Origin: a virus
Taxonomy: Duplodnaviria > Caudoviricetes
Reading direction: 5' to 3' (one strand)
IMG/VR virus record: IMGVR_UViG_3300042154_002141
Coordinates: 1 to 59,537 of that record
Length of the DNA: 59,537 nucleotides
Shown: in pieces, positions 22,948 through 33,056 of the stretch
Position numbering within the stretch: position 1 is the first letter of the stretch
Layout of the letters: each line of letters begins with the position of its first letter
Position numbers and translations under genes: made by a program
Notes under the pieces: generated by a model
What the model was told of the DNA's origin: nothing
Databases searched by the model: none
The model's input: the letters and a program-made list of their open reading frames with translations, nothing else

Positions 22948-23027
22948 AAGAAGCCCCCCTACCTCGAAAGGTGGGGGGTTCTCTCTACCGGCGTATTGTA
23001 TTATGTAATAATTACTTTTATTTCCGG

Positions 23028-23858
23028 TTAGCCTAGTTTGGCCCAGGTTGCAGCGTCAACAACGCCTGTCGCTGGGATTCCGTGCTTGGTTTGGTATGCC
23101 TTTAAAGCAGCCTGAGTCTTTGGACCAAATGCTCCGTCAGGGGCAACACCAATCTTCTTCTGGACTACCTTTACAGCAGTTCCCTTTGAGCCTACCTTTA
23201 GTATTTGCTTAGCAGTAGGGGCGGCAACTGGTGCAGCAACTACAGCCTCTGGCTTCACAATAGGGGCTTCCTTTGGAACTGCAACTGTTGGGATCTCTGG
23301 TACAGAGTGAGTTGGAGCGAGAGTTACTGGGGCATCTTCAGGGGTTTCCTTGCCTGCTTCGACGTGAGCTCTCTCAAACTCAATGACAGCCTTGCAGAAA
23401 GTCATTGGGTTGTAGTAGCCCTTACCATTGTGGAAGCCTGCCATTGGCTGACCCTTGATGTGTCCTGCCCAGATTTCCCAGTGGAGGTGCTTACCAGTTG
23501 CGAAACCGGTCATACCCATCTTGCCGATGATTGTGCCAGCTTCGACGCGCTGACCCTTCTTGACTTTGATTGAACCCTTGACCATGTGGAAGTAGGTCCA
23601 TGTGACCTTCTTGCCCATGACTGTTGATTGGACAATAACTGAATGTCCGCCTGATGTTGGTGAGTCGTTAGGCTTAACTGCAATTACTTTTCCGTCAGCC
23701 CATGCCTCTAGGTAGGTGGGTTCTCCACCCTTCCAGATGTCAACACCGTTGTGGTGCTTCTTTGTTTTCTTGATAGGGTGGACGCGCCAACCGAACGGGC
23801 TGGTTACCTTCCACGCCTTACCAGGTTTGCCGTCTACCGGCCACTGTGATTTTGCCAT
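23028..23858 (-). CDS. M23 peptidase with C-terminal peptidoglycan-binding domain (endolysin-like)
   Basis: TSPFGWR.HP, HNGVD, YFH, TG.ATGKHLHWE; DGAFGPKTQAALKAYQ. Confidence 0.88.
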   Translation of the reverse strand: MAKSQWPVDGKPGKAWKVTSPFGWRVHPIKKTKKHHNGVDIWKGGEPTYLEAWADGKVIAVKPNDSPTSGGHSVIVQSTVMGKKVTWTYFHMVKGSIKVKKGQRVEAGTIIGKMGMTGFATGKHLHWEIWAGHIKGQPMAGFHNGKGYYNPMTFCKAVIEFERAHVEAGKETPEDAPVTLAPTHSVPEIPTVAVPKEAPIVKPEAVVAAPVAAPTAKQILKVGSKGTAVKVVQKKIGVAPDGAFGPKTQAALKAYQTKHGIPATGVVDAATWAKLG

Positions 23859-23894
23859 TACTTATTCCTTCGAAGTGAATATGAGAGAGGTTCT

Positions 23895-24125
23895 CTACTT
23901 ACTAATTTTACTCTTGCTTGGGTTTAGTGATTCGATTGCAGTGGTTGCATAGGCAGTTCTGTAGTGCTTTTCATAGCCTGCTAGGTAGTTTTGGCAGAAC
24001 GTCATATCATAACGCTTGTCTTTGTTGGTACCCACATAGTCGCGCCAGCTCTTCGTTGCAAGTTTCTGGACATCGTACTTGTTTGGTTCGCTGTAGAACT
24101 TTAGATAAAGAAAGAAGCGTTTCAT
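23895..24125 (-). CDS. Hypothetical protein
   Basis: Coupled to upstream gene. Confidence 0.5.
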   Translation of the reverse strand: MKRFFLYLKFYSEPNKYDVQKLATKSWRDYVGTNKDKRYDMTFCQNYLAGYEKHYRTAYATTAIESLNPSKSKISK

Positions 24126-24310
24126 TAGTCTTCATCCTTGTCGCGACGTAGAGGGAACGTAAGAACCCAGACGCAAAGAGTTATCAGGATGAGGTTTCCT
24201 GTTAAATCTTTAGCAGAGCCTTCAAGTACGAGCCATGCGACTGCCATACCTAAAAGGGTCCAAGCCTGTTCGATTATGTCTTTAAATAGTCCCAGTAGAA
24301 ACTTCTTCAT
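24125..24310 (-). CDS. Small two-TM membrane protein (holin-like candidate)
   Basis: Two hydrophobic helices, upstream of endolysin. Confidence 0.5.
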   Translation of the reverse strand: MKKFLLGLFKDIIEQAWTLLGMAVAWLVLEGSAKDLTGNLILITLCVWVLTFPLRRDKDED

Positions 24311-24311
24311 A

Positions 24312-26984
24312 TTATTTTCCTATCTTTCTAGATCCGCTTGATGAAACGGAAGCTGTTGAGGCAGCGGCTGCTGCACTTTGAATGGCTGCTCCAGCGGCAA
24401 CAACCGCTGTAACAACCACCTTCTCGGACTCTTCACGAGTCTTTGGAGACATATCTGAGCCTGCGTTGCCAAAGAAGTTAACAAGCTCTGTAGCGGCTGC
24501 TAGACCCGGAATCGCGGCTAAAGATGGGTCAAGCACAATGTCATCTTGCTCCGCGGCTAGATAGAGGGCGTCAAGGGCTTGCTCATATTCGGCGGAGCCT
24601 TCTTCGGCTGTGAGGAATACTTCGAGGGCTGCTTCCTTTAGTTCTTCAGCCTGCTCTGGTGTCATCTCTGTTGGGTCAACTTGGGTTAGGTCGGTTTCAA
24701 GTAGGGAGTCGGCTGTGATCTCTGCGGGAAGTTCTTGTGAACCTTCCTCCGGAATGGATTCGATTTCGTTAGATGTTGTGCTTGCTTTTTGTGATGCTTG
24801 TGTGTATGTTTGTGCAGCAACATTTAATGAAGTCGCTTCTGTTGTTTTAGCTTGAGTAACCTGAGCTTCTGTTTCGCTGAGCTGAGTGTTAGATTCTTCG
24901 TGCAAAGTAGACGCCGCCTGGAAGGTTTGTTCGGCGGCGACAACATTTGATGAAGCAACTTCGACGTTCGTTGTAGCTTCTGTAACTTGAGAAACTGCTT
25001 GTTGTTCCTGAACCTGGATGTCCTGAACCGTTGCTTGTTTTGCTTCGTAAGAAGTTGTGATAGCGTCGAGCTCCTGCATCTCCGTTAGAAGTGTTGCTTC
25101 TGCCGATGTCTTAAGTTCTTGCAACGAGTTCTTCGTTGAAAGTTTTGCGTCGTAGCTAGTTTGTGCTTCAGTAAACGCTGCTTGCTTCTGTTGAAGAATT
25201 GGTAGAAGTGCTGGGTCTTTGATGAGTGGTGCAGTAGGAGCGCCTAGGTACGAGATAGTCCCTGTGATGTGCTTGTATTGTCCGCCACAAGGGTCACCCC
25301 AAACAGAGTTGAGTGCTTGGATTGTGATGCTAGAAAGTCCGTTGATGTTTGGTGCAATGTTACGCCCGCAAGTTGGGTTGTTGATTGATTCGTAGCGTAG
25401 GTTAGATGAGGTAAAGGTTGCACCTGCTGGTGCGTTGAAAGTTGCTTGACCGCCTTCATTAATCTTTACATTGAGAGTTCCCTCGGTGGTAACTAGTTCG
25501 GTGGTGTAGTAGGTCTCGTAGGTGTAGTAGGTTTCCTGCTCGTAAGTGATGACTTCTTCATAGGTTGTTTCAGTCACCATCTGCCCGTGAGAAACTTGAA
25601 GAACTGGGTTCTTAACGTGAGGTCCATAAACTCCGTACCAAAAACCAGAGTCAACACCCGTAAATGAGACTGTGATGTAGGAAACAGGACCTGTTGCTGT
25701 GAGTGAGACAGACTTTCTATCCCAGTCGTGTGCTCCGGTTGATGTGTAGGTCGCTGAACCTACTGTGTTTTGATTGATGTCCTTAGCTTCGACAGTCATC
25801 GAGTAGTTGTCTACCCTGCCCGTGTTGGAATCATTGTTAAACCAGTCGGCAGATAGGGTGAGGGTAGCGTTCTGGAAAGGACCAGAGAACAGACCTTGAC
25901 TTACTGTTTGAGTTTGGTAAGAGAATACAACCTCCCCATTTATAAGTGCTGGGTTGGAGCCTTGCCACCCTGGGTTTACACCAGACCAACCCTCTGTGCC
26001 TCGTGAGAAGTCTGAGTTGAAGAGTAGGTTTGGGATTACTTGTTCCTGAAGTGTGGTGGTTGTGTGTGGAACAAGAGTACGAACTTCTACCGTTCTGGTG
26101 TTCTCGACTGTGCGGATGTTTTCTTTTTGATAAGTAGGTGCTGTCCAGTCTGGGTCTGGAATGAGGTTGTTGTCGTAGTTGTGCTGTGCTTGCTGAAGTT
26201 CTTGCGTGGCGATTGCGAGTTGCTGACTTGCAGTTTCCAAGTCTGCTGTTGCTAAGACGAAAGCCTCTTGACGTGCAGTTAGATTTTCCTGTGCTTGGTT
26301 CTTGACTTCTGTCTGAGCAATCATTGACGTGTTGTAGGCATCAAGTTCTGTCTGTGCTTGGCTTAGAAGAGTCCGGGTCTCTGCTAGGGAAGCCTGTGCA
26401 GCAGTCTGGATTGCTTGAATCTCTGTAAGAGTGAGCTTCTTTGCCTCTAGCTCTGCTTGGGCAGTAGTTTTTTGAGTTAGAAGTGTCTCGTTAGTGCTTT
26501 TTTGCTTCTCAAGGTCGCTTAGAAGAGTCTTGAGGGTTGCTTGAGCACGTTCGTATGAGGTTCTAGCATCTTTTGCATCTTGGATTGCTGTTTCGAGGTC
26601 GGAGATTTGACCCTGGATGCTGGAAATGGTTGTGGGATTAACTTTTTTGCTTTTTAGCGTATTTAGTTGAGTTTTTAGGTTACTTAGTGTAAACTCGAGG
26701 TTGTTGATATCCTCTAAAGAAGGGAGTGAAGATGCTAGTAACCGTGAACTTGGATTCGTTCTGGGTTGGTTTTGTAGTAGGTGTGTTGAGCCTGCTTGTG
26801 ATTGCAACCATAGTGACTGTCCGTAATACAAAGAAGTTGGAACAGGCGCAGTTGCAGAAGGTCGCTGAAAAGAAGACCCCTGGAAAGAAGTAGCGTGCGC
26901 TGATTCTGCTATGCAGATTGGTGCAGCAAAAATGAGGGCCACTGTAATAAACAGTGGTCCTCTTCCTTTGGGGGACTTTTTCAT
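24312..26984 (-). CDS. Large secreted/membrane coiled-coil protein with central carbohydrate-binding-like domains
   Basis: Signal-like N-terminus, heptad regions, NLLFNSDFSRGTEGW and VWGDPCGGQYK segments, Ala-rich C-terminus. Confidence 0.65.
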   Translation of the reverse strand: MKKSPKGRGPLFITVALIFAAPICIAESAHATSFQGSSFQRPSATAPVPTSLYYGQSLWLQSQAGSTHLLQNQPRTNPSSRLLASSLPSLEDINNLEFTLSNLKTQLNTLKSKKVNPTTISSIQGQISDLETAIQDAKDARTSYERAQATLKTLLSDLEKQKSTNETLLTQKTTAQAELEAKKLTLTEIQAIQTAAQASLAETRTLLSQAQTELDAYNTSMIAQTEVKNQAQENLTARQEAFVLATADLETASQQLAIATQELQQAQHNYDNNLIPDPDWTAPTYQKENIRTVENTRTVEVRTLVPHTTTTLQEQVIPNLLFNSDFSRGTEGWSGVNPGWQGSNPALINGEVVFSYQTQTVSQGLFSGPFQNATLTLSADWFNNDSNTGRVDNYSMTVEAKDINQNTVGSATYTSTGAHDWDRKSVSLTATGPVSYITVSFTGVDSGFWYGVYGPHVKNPVLQVSHGQMVTETTYEEVITYEQETYYTYETYYTTELVTTEGTLNVKINEGGQATFNAPAGATFTSSNLRYESINNPTCGRNIAPNINGLSSITIQALNSVWGDPCGGQYKHITGTISYLGAPTAPLIKDPALLPILQQKQAAFTEAQTSYDAKLSTKNSLQELKTSAEATLLTEMQELDAITTSYEAKQATVQDIQVQEQQAVSQVTEATTNVEVASSNVVAAEQTFQAASTLHEESNTQLSETEAQVTQAKTTEATSLNVAAQTYTQASQKASTTSNEIESIPEEGSQELPAEITADSLLETDLTQVDPTEMTPEQAEELKEAALEVFLTAEEGSAEYEQALDALYLAAEQDDIVLDPSLAAIPGLAAATELVNFFGNAGSDMSPKTREESEKVVVTAVVAAGAAIQSAAAAASTASVSSSGSRKIGK

Positions 26985-27061
26985 TGGGGAGAGTGCCTTC
27001 TGTATGCTCTCCCAAGCCCTTCAATTGTAGCAAATTCGGGGCGGGCTGACTTTATTTTGGG

Positions 27062-27316
27062 CTATGAAGCCATGTCGTACATCCATGTAAAGAGAGCTGC
27101 GCAGACAGAAATCAGAGATGCATAGAAGAAGATGTTGTATGTGTATGGGGTGGTGAGGGCAAAATAAAGAGTGGTGACTGTAATAATGGACGTCAGTATT
27201 GTGGTTGCTTTGGTATTTTTGGTTAGGTGTTGGATGGCATATCCGAGAGTCAGAGGCCAAAAAATAGATAATAAAACGATCCAAATTGCGATTGGCATGA
27301 GTGACATGGTTAGCAT
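27062..27316 (-). CDS. Small membrane protein
   Basis: AGGAG RBS, three hydrophobic segments. Confidence 0.55.
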   Translation of the reverse strand: MLTMSLMPIAIWIVLLSIFWPLTLGYAIQHLTKNTKATTILTSIITVTTLYFALTTPYTYNIFFYASLISVCAALFTWMYDMAS

Positions 27317-27626
27317 GTTGCTTACTCCTTAAAGTATTAGTTTTTAGTTCTGTATTGGATACTATGAGCTTTTGGAAAATATGTCAAGTCGAAACGTATA
27401 GTATCTCTGAAAAAGGGTGTTGGAGATACTATAAGAAAAGAGGAAAAATAAATTGGTAAAAACGTATAGTATGTCAACCTATGTCAACCTATTTACGATT
27501 GTCAACTTAATTTACTATACGCGTGTGCGCGTGTGTATAGGGTGGCAGAATATTTAATCGGAACTCGTAGACTCGAGGTAACTTGTGAAGTTTGGTTGAC
27601 AAAAGGTTGGTAAGTTGTGCTAGGAT

Positions 27627-28100
27627 GTGAATATGGAAAATAAAGAAAACCCGTTCGAGTTCTTTGACTTCGATGTTGAAGAAGTTCGAACCGCTGAAGA
27701 AAAGATCAAAGGTATGTCTCGCCCGGATAGGGATAAGAGAATCTGCACCTGTGGTCATCCGATGAATAGTCACACTGTAAGTTCGAGTGGGATTGTTCTT
27801 TGTACGCCATCAAGAATGGTGTGCCCTTGTAAGAATGTTCGACCAGTGTTGTTAGCTGGAGATGCTCGCAAGTTTTTGCGTAAGACTATGGGACCTGGAC
27901 CAGAGCATGCATTGGCTCGAGGTATCTTGGCATCGTATGACGATGGCAAAGATGTTGAGTGGCTGATTGATATGATTTGCGATAAGTGCGGTGCAGAGGG
28001 TAATGTTAGTCCTGTACCAACAACTCGCGAAGGTATTGTACAATTTGAAGCAACAGGCTATGATGCATTATTGTGCAGAAACTGCCGTTCAGGGAACTAA
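27627..28100 (+). CDS. Cys-rich zinc-binding protein
   Basis: CTCGH..H, CPC, CDKC, CRNC. Confidence 0.6.
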   Translation: MNMENKENPFEFFDFDVEEVRTAEEKIKGMSRPDRDKRICTCGHPMNSHTVSSSGIVLCTPSRMVCPCKNVRPVLLAGDARKFLRKTMGPGPEHALARGILASYDDGKDVEWLIDMICDKCGAEGNVSPVPTTREGIVQFEATGYDALLCRNCRSGN

Positions 28101-28137
28101 GTGTGTTACAGTAAATAAACAGAAAGGAAATTAACAG

Positions 28138-28488
28138 ATGGGAAAACGCGACGATAATCGCAGAGTAAAAATGATTAACGAGGCATTCAAGGATGTTGTA
28201 GATCTGATGGAGATTCAAACTACAATGGGTGCAGTTCAGTTAATCTCACTTGAGGAGATTCCACTATTGCAGATGCAAGAGATTATGGAAAACTCTGGAG
28301 AGGGTCGGATGCTGTTGATGGTCGAGGCCTTCCAACTTTGTCTAGTTGATCCAGAAGACTGGGATAGAAAGTTCTCATCTATGTCGATGAAAGAACTGAA
28401 CCGTATCATGCAACAGTGGATGGTAACAAGTAACAGACTCTCCAGCATTGGAGGTCCTGAAGATGATGCTAAGAGTGGAGAGTTCTAA
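28138..28488 (+). CDS. Hypothetical protein
   Basis: GAAAGGA RBS; TAATG coupling. Confidence 0.55.
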   Translation: MGKRDDNRRVKMINEAFKDVVDLMEIQTTMGAVQLISLEEIPLLQMQEIMENSGEGRMLLMVEAFQLCLVDPEDWDRKFSSMSMKELNRIMQQWMVTSNRLSSIGGPEDDAKSGEF

Positions 28489-28721
28489 TGTCAGCGTTTG
28501 AAGAAAACTTTGTTTACGACACCTGCCCTCAATGCGAGGGCCAAGGTCAGATACCAAAGATTGGGTTTGACGAAGATGGCTACGCAATCCAAGACCTTTG
28601 GAAAGAATGCGCCCACTGCGAAGAGGGAACAATCTGCGGACTCTGCGACAGCACCCCAACTACTTGCGAACTGAATGGTCAGTGCTACCCGGAAGATGAG
28701 AATGTCCAAACCACACTATAA
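28488..28721 (+). CDS. Small zinc-finger protein
   Basis: CPQCEG, CAHCEEG, CGLC. Confidence 0.55.
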   Translation: MSAFEENFVYDTCPQCEGQGQIPKIGFDEDGYAIQDLWKECAHCEEGTICGLCDSTPTTCELNGQCYPEDENVQTTL

Positions 28722-29370
28722 CGTTCTCATTGCAACGCCTGGCAAAAGTATGGAGCCAGCCTTTGTCGAGAGTTTGGTCAAGACTTGTGCTTGGCTAAGT
28801 TCGCAAGGACTGACTTACAAGTTCCTAACCAAAGCAAGTTCATTCATTCCATCAGGTCGAGAGCTAACCGCTTTAGATTTGTATCAGAATGACTGGGATA
28901 CCCGAGAGGTTGGAGCAGGTCAATACACCTACGACAAAATCTTCTGGATTGATTCAGATATCGAATGGGAAGTCTCGGACTTCCAAAAGTTATACGAACA
29001 CGAACTAGATATCATCGGAGGTTTGTATCAGAGTCATCCAAATGGAACTGTCGCCTGCTCATTCCGAGATGCGCTAGGCCTACCTGAAAAAGTCCATGAG
29101 ACAGATTTCTTTATGGCAGATGAACCTGTCGAAGTGTTCGGAGTCGGATTTGGATTTGTGGCAATCAAGCAAGGTGTCTTTGAGAAGTGCGATAGACCTT
29201 GGTTCAAGATTGAACACATTCGATGGTTCGAACTAGACTTCGACACCAATGTTGGTGAAGACTACTCGTTCTGTATGAACGCCTATCGCAATGGATTCAA
29301 AACCTATGTCGAGCCAACCGTTCGAGTCAAGCATCACAAATCTGTAATCTACGAGTTGCCACCAGCGTGA
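28702..29370 (+). CDS. GT-A fold glycosyltransferase
   Basis: VLIATP, FWIDSDI (DxD), GFGFV, GEDYSFC, V.HHK. Confidence 0.8.
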   Translation: MSKPHYNVLIATPGKSMEPAFVESLVKTCAWLSSQGLTYKFLTKASSFIPSGRELTALDLYQNDWDTREVGAGQYTYDKIFWIDSDIEWEVSDFQKLYEHELDIIGGLYQSHPNGTVACSFRDALGLPEKVHETDFFMADEPVEVFGVGFGFVAIKQGVFEKCDRPWFKIEHIRWFELDFDTNVGEDYSFCMNAYRNGFKTYVEPTVRVKHHKSVIYELPPA

Positions 29371-29597
29371 GTCGAGGAGCAACAGGTAGCACCAGATGTG
29401 GGTGGTGCTTGACAGGAAACCATGAAGACTGTAAAACTAGTATTACCTATTTCGATAAGGTCTGGGATTGTAGTTGTGAAAAATGTCACCCCCAGAGGGT
29501 AGACTCAAAGAATGCTCAAGACGAGCAGGAAGAAGGAATGACGAATGAAGAAGTGGTTGAAGAACCTATTCAAGACGAAGAAACAAAAGCAAGCTGA
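29367..29597 (+). CDS. Small Cys-rich protein
   Basis: CGWC..H..C..CSC.KCH. Confidence 0.55.
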   Translation: MSRGATGSTRCGWCLTGNHEDCKTSITYFDKVWDCSCEKCHPQRVDSKNAQDEQEEGMTNEEVVEEPIQDEETKAS

Positions 29598-29765
29598 ACT
29601 CGAGAAGTTACAGGCTTCAAAGAAACGTCACCCAGTATCTCAAAAGAGGGCTAATGCTAAAAAGTAGAGCCAGTGCTTTTTGCCCCATCCACAAAGTTCA
29701 ACTGACCCAGCGACCATTCGAGTCCCAAGAAAAGTTGATGGCTAGATTAGAACGGATGTGCAATC

Positions 29766-29996
29766 ATGCTGGTTGATAGGAAAGTCGCTGCGACACTCTG
29801 CGGAGTCAGCCCAGAGATGATTACCTATCTCACCAAGCGTGGCTATGTGAAGAAACACTTCACCCTTGGCAACAAATGGAACTACCAAGTCGACCCAATC
29901 GAAGTCCAAGAGCAACTTGAGTTAGGACAACAACGCCGAGGTAACAGAACTTCAAAGGCATATCGCAAGAGAAAGAAAGACGGAACTTTCGTCTAA
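29766..29996 (+). CDS. Small HTH DNA-binding protein
   Basis: VAATLCGVSPEMITYL.KRG. Confidence 0.55.
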   Translation: MLVDRKVAATLCGVSPEMITYLTKRGYVKKHFTLGNKWNYQVDPIEVQEQLELGQQRRGNRTSKAYRKRKKDGTFV

Positions 29997-30232
29997 TTCT
30001 CAAAGCATTTTAAAAAGAGACCCTGTCAAAATCAGACCCCTTGATTTTACAGGGTTTTTCTTTTGTTTGTAAAGAGAAAATGCTGCTATCTCTCTCCACG
30101 AGCGAAAAAAACTTTTTGAACTCCATGTAACAATGTAACTATCGAACTTCGTCAAAACTTAGTTCGACGGAAGAGACTACCTCTACTGAAGTTCTTATCG
30201 ACGTTGAAACTTAGATAATAAAACCTCAAAAA

Positions 30233-31252
30233 ATGTTAGTCGGGCCACAAGTCTCTCCCCAGCTGGCCCGGCTAACTTTAAACGAAGGACGTTCATTGGA
30301 TAACGAAGCGCTCGACGATACCGACCCATTCGGCAAGCCGATTGAAGAGAAACCTATTATAGAAATTGACACCGCTGTCAATCTACGTCCAGACCTATCG
30401 GAACTCGGCATCGACGAAACAGATCGCGGCATCTGCGAAGATACATATGAGAACCGTCACATCTTACGTCGAGCTCGTATGAACTGGATCCCGGTATATG
30501 CAACGAACGGCGTGCCAACCGGATTGATCCAAGCAGTCTCCCAGGAGATGGCCACGCAGAAGCGCATCATCTCTTTGGGAGAGAAGCGGCCTCTCCTTGT
30601 AGACCCTAATAACCGTAACAGCGATTACATAACCGGATACGACCTCCTAGCCGAAGAAGCCTCTGACTATCTCGTACCGCCTTGGGTTGTAGGTGCTACA
30701 CGTGCTTGGACTAAAGAACAGAATGAACCGCCTAAGTCTGGTAAACGTCAACCAGCTACACTTCCAACGAGATGTGCCGCCGTCAAGGACGACGGGATCA
30801 GATGCCAGTTGTGGTCATCGGGACGTCTACAGGATGACTCGCTATGTCGCGTGCACCTACGTTCGATCAAACATCGTCCGGGAGATGACATTGAACGAGC
30901 TCGTGCAAAGTTGACCCAGGCGGCCCCTTACGCAGTCGACGTCCTCGAGACTATGATGGAGTTCGCGGAGTCCGAGCCCGTAAAGCTAAAAGCTGCCACG
31001 GAGATTTTGGATCGCGCCGGCATCCGGGGTGGAGTAGAACTTGACACGAACGTCAATATCGATGTCCGCCCCGCGGCCAGCATCATTGCTGAACGTTTGA
31101 ACAGACTCGCGGTCAACGCAGCTGACGCAGCTGCAAGATTGCACGACGCCGGGATCGCGATAACTTCTAACGACGTTGAAGCGGCGGATCCAAAGATCGT
31201 CGACGCTGAGATTGTGACTGACGAGTCACCGGAAGCCGGAGAAAAAGAATGA
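30233..31252 (+). CDS. Conserved-type phage protein (terminase-small-subunit-like C-terminus, tentative)
   Basis: RC.A...DG.RC..LCRVH zinc motif; VKLKAATEILDRAG; start uncertain. Confidence 0.5.
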   Translation: MLVGPQVSPQLARLTLNEGRSLDNEALDDTDPFGKPIEEKPIIEIDTAVNLRPDLSELGIDETDRGICEDTYENRHILRRARMNWIPVYATNGVPTGLIQAVSQEMATQKRIISLGEKRPLLVDPNNRNSDYITGYDLLAEEASDYLVPPWVVGATRAWTKEQNEPPKSGKRQPATLPTRCAAVKDDGIRCQLWSSGRLQDDSLCRVHLRSIKHRPGDDIERARAKLTQAAPYAVDVLETMMEFAESEPVKLKAATEILDRAGIRGGVELDTNVNIDVRPAASIIAERLNRLAVNAADAAARLHDAGIAITSNDVEAADPKIVDAEIVTDESPEAGEKE

Positions 31253-31399
31253 ACGAAACTACGTTAGAACTTGCGAAGGCTTTGGCCCGGCAACTTGCCG
31301 ATGACGTAAAGTTGGCATCGACGCGCATCGAGCATGTAAGATTAACTACAAGGGCCAACGAGGCCGCGCTGCTTGTGCAGCAGATCGAAGAGACGTTAA

Positions 31400-32185
31400 A
31401 TGTTCAAAAAGAAATCCACGGCAGCTAGCCGACTCATCCAGGAAGCCGAGTCCCATGTTGGATACACGGCGAATCAATCTGTAGCCGATATGTTTAGTTC
31501 TGCAGTTGGACGGCCAGGCATTCCATGGGCAGGTCCATTCATTGACGTCTGTGCAAAGAAGGCCGGCCTGCATCTGCCGTCGTTTATATCAACCGCGAGC
31601 GCTTTGGCGAGCTTCATTAAAACTAACCGGATCTTCCCGCGGCCAGAACCTGGAGACATCGTCTTTTTTCAAACGGCCAGTGATTCGAATCTCGGCCAGC
31701 CACACGTGGGAATAGTAACCGACGTCTCTCACTACAGTAAGCATGGGATGTTCCAGTGCATCGAAGGTCAAACAGACAGCGGCACGCCAAAGGGACTCGC
31801 AGCACGCAACGGTGTGTATCGACGTAACCGCTATGCATACGACGTGCTCGCCTTCGCCCGCCCAAACTTTCAACGAGCTGAGCTTGAAGCTTCCCGGATG
31901 TCGGATCCAGGAGAACTTTTAACGAAAGAGATTCCAGTCATCCAGGGGCCCTCGATCAAACTTGGCATGAAGCACCCGTACGTCGCGCTCATCCAGGTAG
32001 CACTTTCGATGACTGTTGGTTTGAAGTCTGCGCCGCGGGGAGAGTTTGATCACAAGACCAGGGCCGCCTTCGCAAACTTTCAACGAAGCCTTGGTTATAT
32101 CGGAGACGCAGCTTCCGGTGTACCCGACGTCAACTCATTGCGAGTACTTGCAAAGTTGACTGGCGTGTTCCGCGTAGTTGAGTAA
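31400..32185 (+). CDS. CHAP-like domain plus peptidoglycan-binding domain protein
   Basis: PEPGDIVFF, HVGIV, IEG; GEFDHKTRAAFANFQ. Confidence 0.7.
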   Translation: MFKKKSTAASRLIQEAESHVGYTANQSVADMFSSAVGRPGIPWAGPFIDVCAKKAGLHLPSFISTASALASFIKTNRIFPRPEPGDIVFFQTASDSNLGQPHVGIVTDVSHYSKHGMFQCIEGQTDSGTPKGLAARNGVYRRNRYAYDVLAFARPNFQRAELEASRMSDPGELLTKEIPVIQGPSIKLGMKHPYVALIQVALSMTVGLKSAPRGEFDHKTRAAFANFQRSLGYIGDAASGVPDVNSLRVLAKLTGVFRVVE

Positions 32186-32459
32186 CTCCAGGTAAAACTT
32201 TTAACGAACCTCATTCGATGTCCCGCCGCCGGGCCCGGATCCGGAAGGCGACATCAACTTTTAACGAACGATGTCCCGCCGACGGGTGAAGGCGGATCCG
32301 GCGGAAACTTTTAACGAAGATTCGTGCGAAGCTCGCAGCTTGACTGACGAGTCACGGCATGCAAAAACTTGCAGGCGTGCAACCGTTGCTAATATTTGAA
32401 CCGCTCGAGATGATAGAATCGAGACAGCGGCCTGCTATAGGGCCAGGAAAGGTTAACCG

Positions 32460-32711
32460 ATGGACTTCGAGGCATGGCTACAGATTGGTATTGATAACGG
32501 ATGGGCTGGCCCGCCAGTATGTGAAACGCATGACGGCATGCCTATGACCCAGGATGAGGAAACCGCGTTCGAAGATGGCGAGGACCCATGCGTCCACATC
32601 CTACGTCTGTATGAGGACCCTGAAGCCAAGGCGAGTATCGAAGCTAACCACTCGGCCAGTGTATGGCGTGCCACGAACCGTGGCTTGTCTTTGGGAGACA
32701 CAGGCCTGTAA
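32460..32711 (+). CDS. Hypothetical phage protein
   Basis: GAAAGG RBS; W...G...GW..PPVC.THDG. Confidence 0.55.
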   Translation: MDFEAWLQIGIDNGWAGPPVCETHDGMPMTQDEETAFEDGEDPCVHILRLYEDPEAKASIEANHSASVWRATNRGLSLGDTGL

Positions 32712-32747
32712 CCGCGCCTAAAATAGGCAACCGCTAGATGTTTTAAG

Positions 32748-32984
32748 ATGTTACGTATGGAACACTTCGAAGTACATCTGCTCACGAGCGACATTGACAT
32801 TACCCACGCCATCACTGCTGGTCTCCTTGAACCTGAAGAGAAACTTCAGTGCGAGAACTGCGAAGAGGTGGTCGGCTCTGACCTTGACGAGTTCTATCCA
32901 TTTGCTGTTGTCCTATCTGCTGATGAAGTTTGGTTTGTATGTGATGAGTGTTACACGCCTGTCATAGACCCACAAGGCTTTTAG
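32748..32984 (+). CDS. Small zinc-finger protein
   Basis: CENC..CDEC. Confidence 0.5.
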   Translation: MLRMEHFEVHLLTSDIDITHAITAGLLEPEEKLQCENCEEVVGSDLDEFYPFAVVLSADEVWFVCDECYTPVIDPQGF

Positions 32985-33056
32985 GCGTATCGTTACCATT
33001 TCGTTATAAACACTTTTCACGAACTTTCGTAATAACTTGCCAAATGTCGGTGGCGT

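Noticed and set aside
18749-28488. Resemblance of the 18749 and 28138 proteins to each other and to tail assembly chaperones
   Set aside because: Similarity too weak to support by eye, and no tail operon context
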